From Blastocatellia bacterium (GTDB lineage Bacteria; Acidobacteriota; Blastocatellia; UBA7656; JADIYM01), in assembly GCA_016705245.1 (NCBI GenBank), contig JADIYM010000025.1, positions 2,577 through 66,576 of the forward strand: a stretch of 64,000 nt of DNA. The letters run 5' to 3'. Numbering within the stretch: the first letter of the stretch is position 1; every line of letters starts with the position of its first letter. This document shows, piece by piece, positions 60,085 through 64,000 of the stretch. Both the position numbers and the translations under genes were made by a program. The notes beneath the pieces are model-generated. The model was not told the DNA's origin. It ran no database searches and saw only the letters and a list, made by a program, of their open reading frames with translations.

Positions 60085-61178
60085 GCGCCGTCGCCGAAAC
60101 ACCGTCGCGCGCCGGAGAGACTACGTCGCCTCTTTGGCTCTTCTCCATGCCCGTGGACCTGTCGGTCTTTCTCGGCAGCGCGCTCGTCTCGCTCGCGTTG
60201 CTGTGGATAGGCGCAAGGGCCGGACTGCTCGGCGGTGCGACGCCTGAGTGGGCCTGGGTACCGTGCGTGCTGCTCATCGACGTGGCGCACGTCTACTCGA
60301 CCTCGTTCAAGGTCTACCTCGATACGGCGGAGGTCCGCCGCCGCCCGCTGCTTTACGCGGCGGTGCCGATCGTCGGGTTCGTAGTCGCCGTCGCGCTCTA
60401 CACGATGGGCTCGCTCGTGTTCTGGCGGGCGCTGGCGTACCTCGCGGTTTTCCACTTCGTGCGGCAGCAGTATGGATGGGTCGCGCTATACCGCAGTCGT
60501 CGTGGAGAGCACGACCGGCTCGGTCACTGGCTCGACGCCGCGACCGTATACGCGGCGACGCTCTATCCGCTGGCGTATTGGCACGCGAACCTCCCGCGTC
60601 GATTCTGGTGGTTCCTGGAAGGAGACTTTCAGCTTGCGTTGCCGTCGATGGCCGTCACGGTTTTCGGTTGGATCTACGTCGGACTGCTCGCAGCCTACGT
60701 CGTGCGTTCGGGCCACTCGTGGCTCGTGTCGCGTCGCCCGAATCCGGGAAAGGACATCGTTGTCGTCACCACCGCCGTGTGCTGGTACGCCGGCATCGTC
60801 GCCTACAACTCGGACTATGCGTTCACGGTCACGAACGTGATCGTCCACGGTGTTCCATACCTCGCGCTTGTGTGGTTTTCGTCGGCCCGGCGGTCGACGG
60901 CCATCCCCGGCACGGTGTTCACCAGGTTCTTCGGTCGCGGTGTTCTCGTTTTCCTCGCAACGCTCTGGGCCCTCGCCTACGTCGAGGAGCTCGTTTGGGA
61001 CCGCGCCGTGTGGCAGGACCGCGCGTGGCTCTTCGGCGAGGGATGGGACGCCGCCGGATGGCACTTCCTCATCGTGCCGCTGCTCGCCGTCCCTCAGATC
61101 GTCCACTACATGCTCGACGGATTCATCTGGAAGCGGCGCGAAAGGGGCAGCTCCACGCATCAGTACCGTGCGCGATAG
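60081..61178 (+). CDS. Polytopic membrane protein of unknown function (about 9 TM, Trp/Tyr-rich)
   Basis: The ATG overlaps the oxidase stop (ATGA). Repeated hydrophobic helices (LLWIGARAGLLGG; VPIVGFVVAVALYTMG; GWIYVGLLAAYVV; GVLVFLATLWALAYV). Confidence 0.55.
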   Translation: MSAVAETPSRAGETTSPLWLFSMPVDLSVFLGSALVSLALLWIGARAGLLGGATPEWAWVPCVLLIDVAHVYSTSFKVYLDTAEVRRRPLLYAAVPIVGFVVAVALYTMGSLVFWRALAYLAVFHFVRQQYGWVALYRSRRGEHDRLGHWLDAATVYAATLYPLAYWHANLPRRFWWFLEGDFQLALPSMAVTVFGWIYVGLLAAYVVRSGHSWLVSRRPNPGKDIVVVTTAVCWYAGIVAYNSDYAFTVTNVIVHGVPYLALVWFSSARRSTAIPGTVFTRFFGRGVLVFLATLWALAYVEELVWDRAVWQDRAWLFGEGWDAAGWHFLIVPLLAVPQIVHYMLDGFIWKRRERGSSTHQYRAR

Positions 61179-61228
61179 CGCACGGGTCAGCCGTCGGTAC
61201 ACCGCCGTGGTTTACAATTGGCATCGGT

Positions 61229-61546
61229 ATGGGAACAAGGAAGCAACAAGACCGGTCGGGCGCCGTCGTCGCCGAGCCAAGGGCGATCACGCGGCAGCCG
61301 CCGATGTTCAACGTCCTGCTGCACAACGACAACTTCACGACGATGGAATTCGTCATCGAGGTGCTCATTACGGTCTTTCATCACGACGAGCCGACGGCGT
61401 TCCGGATAATGCTGCAGGTGCACAACGAGGGACTTGGCGTCGCTGGCGTCTATCCGTTCGAGATTGCCGAGTCGAAAGCCGCGAAGGTCATGCGGCTCGC
61501 GCGAGAGCAGGAGTTCCCGCTTCTCTGCTCGGTCGAGGAGGCGTGA
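61229..61546 (+). CDS. clpS: ATP-dependent Clp protease adaptor ClpS
   Basis: MFNVLLHNDNFTTMEFVIEVL...HNEGLGVAGVYPFEIAESK is the ClpS core, about 105 aa. Confidence 0.85.
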   Translation: MGTRKQQDRSGAVVAEPRAITRQPPMFNVLLHNDNFTTMEFVIEVLITVFHHDEPTAFRIMLQVHNEGLGVAGVYPFEIAESKAAKVMRLAREQEFPLLCSVEEA

Positions 61547-61550
61547 GGCC

Positions 61551-63794
61551 GTGCTGACCAACGAGCTCCAGTCGACGCTCAATCGCGCCCTCGAAGCGGC
61601 CTTCATTCGCCGTCACGAGTACCTCACGCTCGAGCACGTGCTCTACGCGATGCTCGACGAACGCACGGCGAGCCGCGTCATTCGGGAGTGCGGCGGAAGT
61701 GTCGACCGCCTCCGCACCGAGCTCGAAAACTACTTTGACGCACAGCTCGAGGCGATGCCCGAGGGTGCCATCGAATCGCCGGAGCAGACGCCCGGCTTCC
61801 AGCGAGTGCTGCAGAACGCGGTGACGCAGGCCCGAAATTCCGGCCAGTCGCTCATCGACGGAGGTCACGTCCTCGCGGCGATCTTCACCGAGCCTCACTC
61901 GACGGCCAGACATCTGCTCGAATCGCAGGGCATGACGAGGCTCGATGTGCTGCGATACCTGTCGGACGGCATCTCGAAGGGCCGGAACCTCCCGGCGCCT
62001 CGACCGGCCACGCCGGGGACCGAGCCGGACGAGGAGGTCGACGAGCGACCGGTCGATCCGCTCGAGGCGTGGACCGAGGATCTCGTTGCGCGCGCCGCCG
62101 CGGGTGGCGTCGATCCGCTCATCGGACGGGAAGCCGAGGTGATGAGGACTATTCAGGTGCTCTGCAGGCGCCGCAAGAACAACCCCATCTTCGTCGGAGA
62201 CCCGGGCGTTGGAAAGACAGCGATCGCCGAAGGGCTGGCGCTGAAGATTCACCGCGGCGAGGTGCCGGACGTGCTTTGCGGCGTCGGCGTCCGGGCGCTC
62301 GATCTCGGCGCGTTGCTTGCCGGCGCAAAGTATCGCGGCGAATTCGAGGAGCGTCTCAAGTCTGTCATCGCGCGGTTGAAGGACGAGCCCGGCACGATCC
62401 TGTTCATCGACGAGATCCACACGCTCGTCGGCGCGGGAGCGGTGAGCGGCGGGGCGATGGATGCTTCGAATATCCTCAAGCCCGCCCTCGCGGCCGGGCA
62501 GCTTCGCTGCATCGGGTCGACGACGTACCAGGAGTACAAGTCGGCGTTCGAGCGCGACCGGGCGCTGGCCAGGCGGTTTCAACGCATCGAGATCTCGGAG
62601 CCGTCGGTGGAGGACACGATCCGCATCCTCGAGGGGCTGAAGCGCCACTACGAGGCACACCACGAGGTGAAATACGCCTCGGCGGCACTCGTCGCCGCAG
62701 CGGAGCTGTCCGCCAAGCACCTCACGGATCGATTTCTGCCGGACAAGGCGATCGACGTCGTCGATGAAGCGGGCGCGGCGACGAAGCTCGTGCCGCTGAA
62801 GAAGCGTCCGAAGACGATCACCGTGAAGGACATCGAGCTCGTCGTCGCACGGATGGCCAAGATCCCGCCGCGGTCGGTCAGCGCGTCGGACCGAGATCGA
62901 CTGGCTTCGCTCGAGACGGAGCTGAAGTCGGTCATCTTCGGACAGGACCATGCCGTCGATCAGCTTGTGCGCGTGATCAAGCTCTCTCGATCCGGACTTG
63001 GACAGCCCGGGAAGCCGATCGGCTCATTTCTGTTCTCGGGACCGACGGGCGTCGGAAAGACCGAGCTGGCGAAGCAGCTCGCGGCTTCGCTCGGCGTCGA
63101 GTTCCTTCGATTCGACATGAGCGAGTATATGGAGAAGCACACGGTCTCTCGTCTGATCGGGGCGCCGCCGGGGTATGTGGGCTTCGACCAGGGCGGGCTG
63201 CTGACCGACGCGATCGTCCGAACTCCGTATGCGGTTCTCGTGCTCGACGAGATCGAAAAGGCGCATCCTGATGTCTTCAACATCCTGCTGCAGGTGATGG
63301 ATCACGCGACGCTGACGGACAACAACGGCAAAAAGGCCGACTTCCGGAACGTCGTGCTGATCATGACGACGAACGCCGGTGCGAGGGACTTGAGCGCCGG
63401 CGGACCGGGCTTCCGGTCCGGAAGCGGCGGCAGCCGCGGGAGGGGGGCGATCGAGCGTGCGTTCAGTCCCGAGTTCAGGAATCGGCTCGATGCCTGGATC
63501 GCGTTTGAACAGCTTTCGTTCCCGACGATCGAGCGCGTCGTCGACAAGTTCGTCGACGAATTGCGGGTGCAGCTCGCGGAGCAGAAGGTGACGATCGAAC
63601 TGACGCCGGCGGCTAGGGTGTGGATGGCGACGAAGGGCTACGACCCGGCGTTCGGCGCGAGGCCGATGTCGCGTCTCGTTCGCGAGAAGCTGCGGGAGCC
63701 GCTTGCCGAGATGCTGCTGTTCGGACCACTGGCGCACGGCGGCTCGGTGCGCGTGGACGTGGAGGATGATGGGCTGACAATTTCGATCCAGTGA
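61551..63794 (+). CDS. clpA: ATP-dependent Clp protease ATP-binding subunit ClpA
   Basis: N-domain repeats ([13 protein letters not shown]), two AAA modules ([15 protein letters not shown]; [17 protein letters not shown]) and a GTG start with a GAGGAGG RBS just after the clpS stop. Confidence 0.9.
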   Translation: MLTNELQSTLNRALEAAFIRRHEYLTLEHVLYAMLDERTASRVIRECGGSVDRLRTELENYFDAQLEAMPEGAIESPEQTPGFQRVLQNAVTQARNSGQSLIDGGHVLAAIFTEPHSTARHLLESQGMTRLDVLRYLSDGISKGRNLPAPRPATPGTEPDEEVDERPVDPLEAWTEDLVARAAAGGVDPLIGREAEVMRTIQVLCRRRKNNPIFVGDPGVGKTAIAEGLALKIHRGEVPDVLCGVGVRALDLGALLAGAKYRGEFEERLKSVIARLKDEPGTILFIDEIHTLVGAGAVSGGAMDASNILKPALAAGQLRCIGSTTYQEYKSAFERDRALARRFQRIEISEPSVEDTIRILEGLKRHYEAHHEVKYASAALVAAAELSAKHLTDRFLPDKAIDVVDEAGAATKLVPLKKRPKTITVKDIELVVARMAKIPPRSVSASDRDRLASLETELKSVIFGQDHAVDQLVRVIKLSRSGLGQPGKPIGSFLFSGPTGVGKTELAKQLAASLGVEFLRFDMSEYMEKHTVSRLIGAPPGYVGFDQGGLLTDAIVRTPYAVLVLDEIEKAHPDVFNILLQVMDHATLTDNNGKKADFRNVVLIMTTNAGARDLSAGGPGFRSGSGGSRGRGAIERAFSPEFRNRLDAWIAFEQLSFPTIERVVDKFVDELRVQLAEQKVTIELTPAARVWMATKGYDPAFGARPMSRLVREKLREPLAEMLLFGPLAHGGSVRVDVEDDGLTISIQ

Positions 63795-63795
63795 T

Positions 63796-63915
63796 CTCCG
63801 TGTCTCAGTGCCTCCGTGTCTCTGCGTGCGAAGCTCTTCTCATTCACTGAAGAGCTGCGCACACAGAGACACTGAGACACCGAGACGCTGAGGCTCGGAG
63901 GCACAGAGACACCCA
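63796..63915. repeat. Palindromic repeat family P1, copy 6 (long arms)
   Basis: ctccgtgtctcagtgcctccgtgtctctgcgtgcgaagctcttc...gaagagctgcgcacacagagacactgagacaccgagacgctgaggctcggag, immediately after the clpA stop. Confidence 0.85.
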
Positions 63916-64000
63916 TCCGCCCCTCTTTTCCTCCAACATGTGGTATTTGTCATGACTGACTTTTCGTGAACGGACGGACCTGAACTGATGCCCGACGACC

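Overview
This is a high-GC (about 65-70%) bacterial window with roughly 55 protein-coding genes. I identified no rRNA, tRNA, CRISPR array or transposase.

Recognisable content, in order:
- A TPR-CHAT protein broken by frameshifts.
- A TPR lipoprotein and a DUF4331-like secreted protein.
- A fused NicO-type metal permease.
- A TetR/RND/TolC/MFS efflux operon followed by thyX.
- A BatA/DUF58/MoxR-type module, split by a roughly 7.7 kb cassette.
- That cassette: a methyltransferase, a disrupted NRPS-like A-T-TE gene, a LarA-like racemase and a ThrC-like PLP enzyme, flanked by inverted copies of a palindromic repeat.
- pilT, an S41 protease, then an iteron array plus RepA (RPA family) initiator that looks like a replication origin.
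- fabG, pruA, an ECF sigma/anti-sigma pair and an amino-acid dehydrogenase.
- A seven-gene, translationally coupled polyamine-type cluster: speH, DUF4178-like, a 60-aa protein, DUF350-like, a membrane spermidine-synthase-like gene, a Tat-exported FAD amine oxidase and a polytopic membrane protein.
- clpS-clpA.

Three patterns recur:
- Four families of long palindromic intergenic repeats (12 copies) sit at gene 3' ends, mostly between convergent genes. They behave like bidirectional terminators, and two families supply the TAG stop of the genes that read into them.
- The iteron origin is preceded by about 3.7 copies of an 86-bp tandem repeat.
- There are many single-base frame disruptions, which could be sequencing errors or gene decay.

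Family assignments come from motifs read directly in the ORF translations. DUF and Pfam names are from memory and need confirming with HMM searches.
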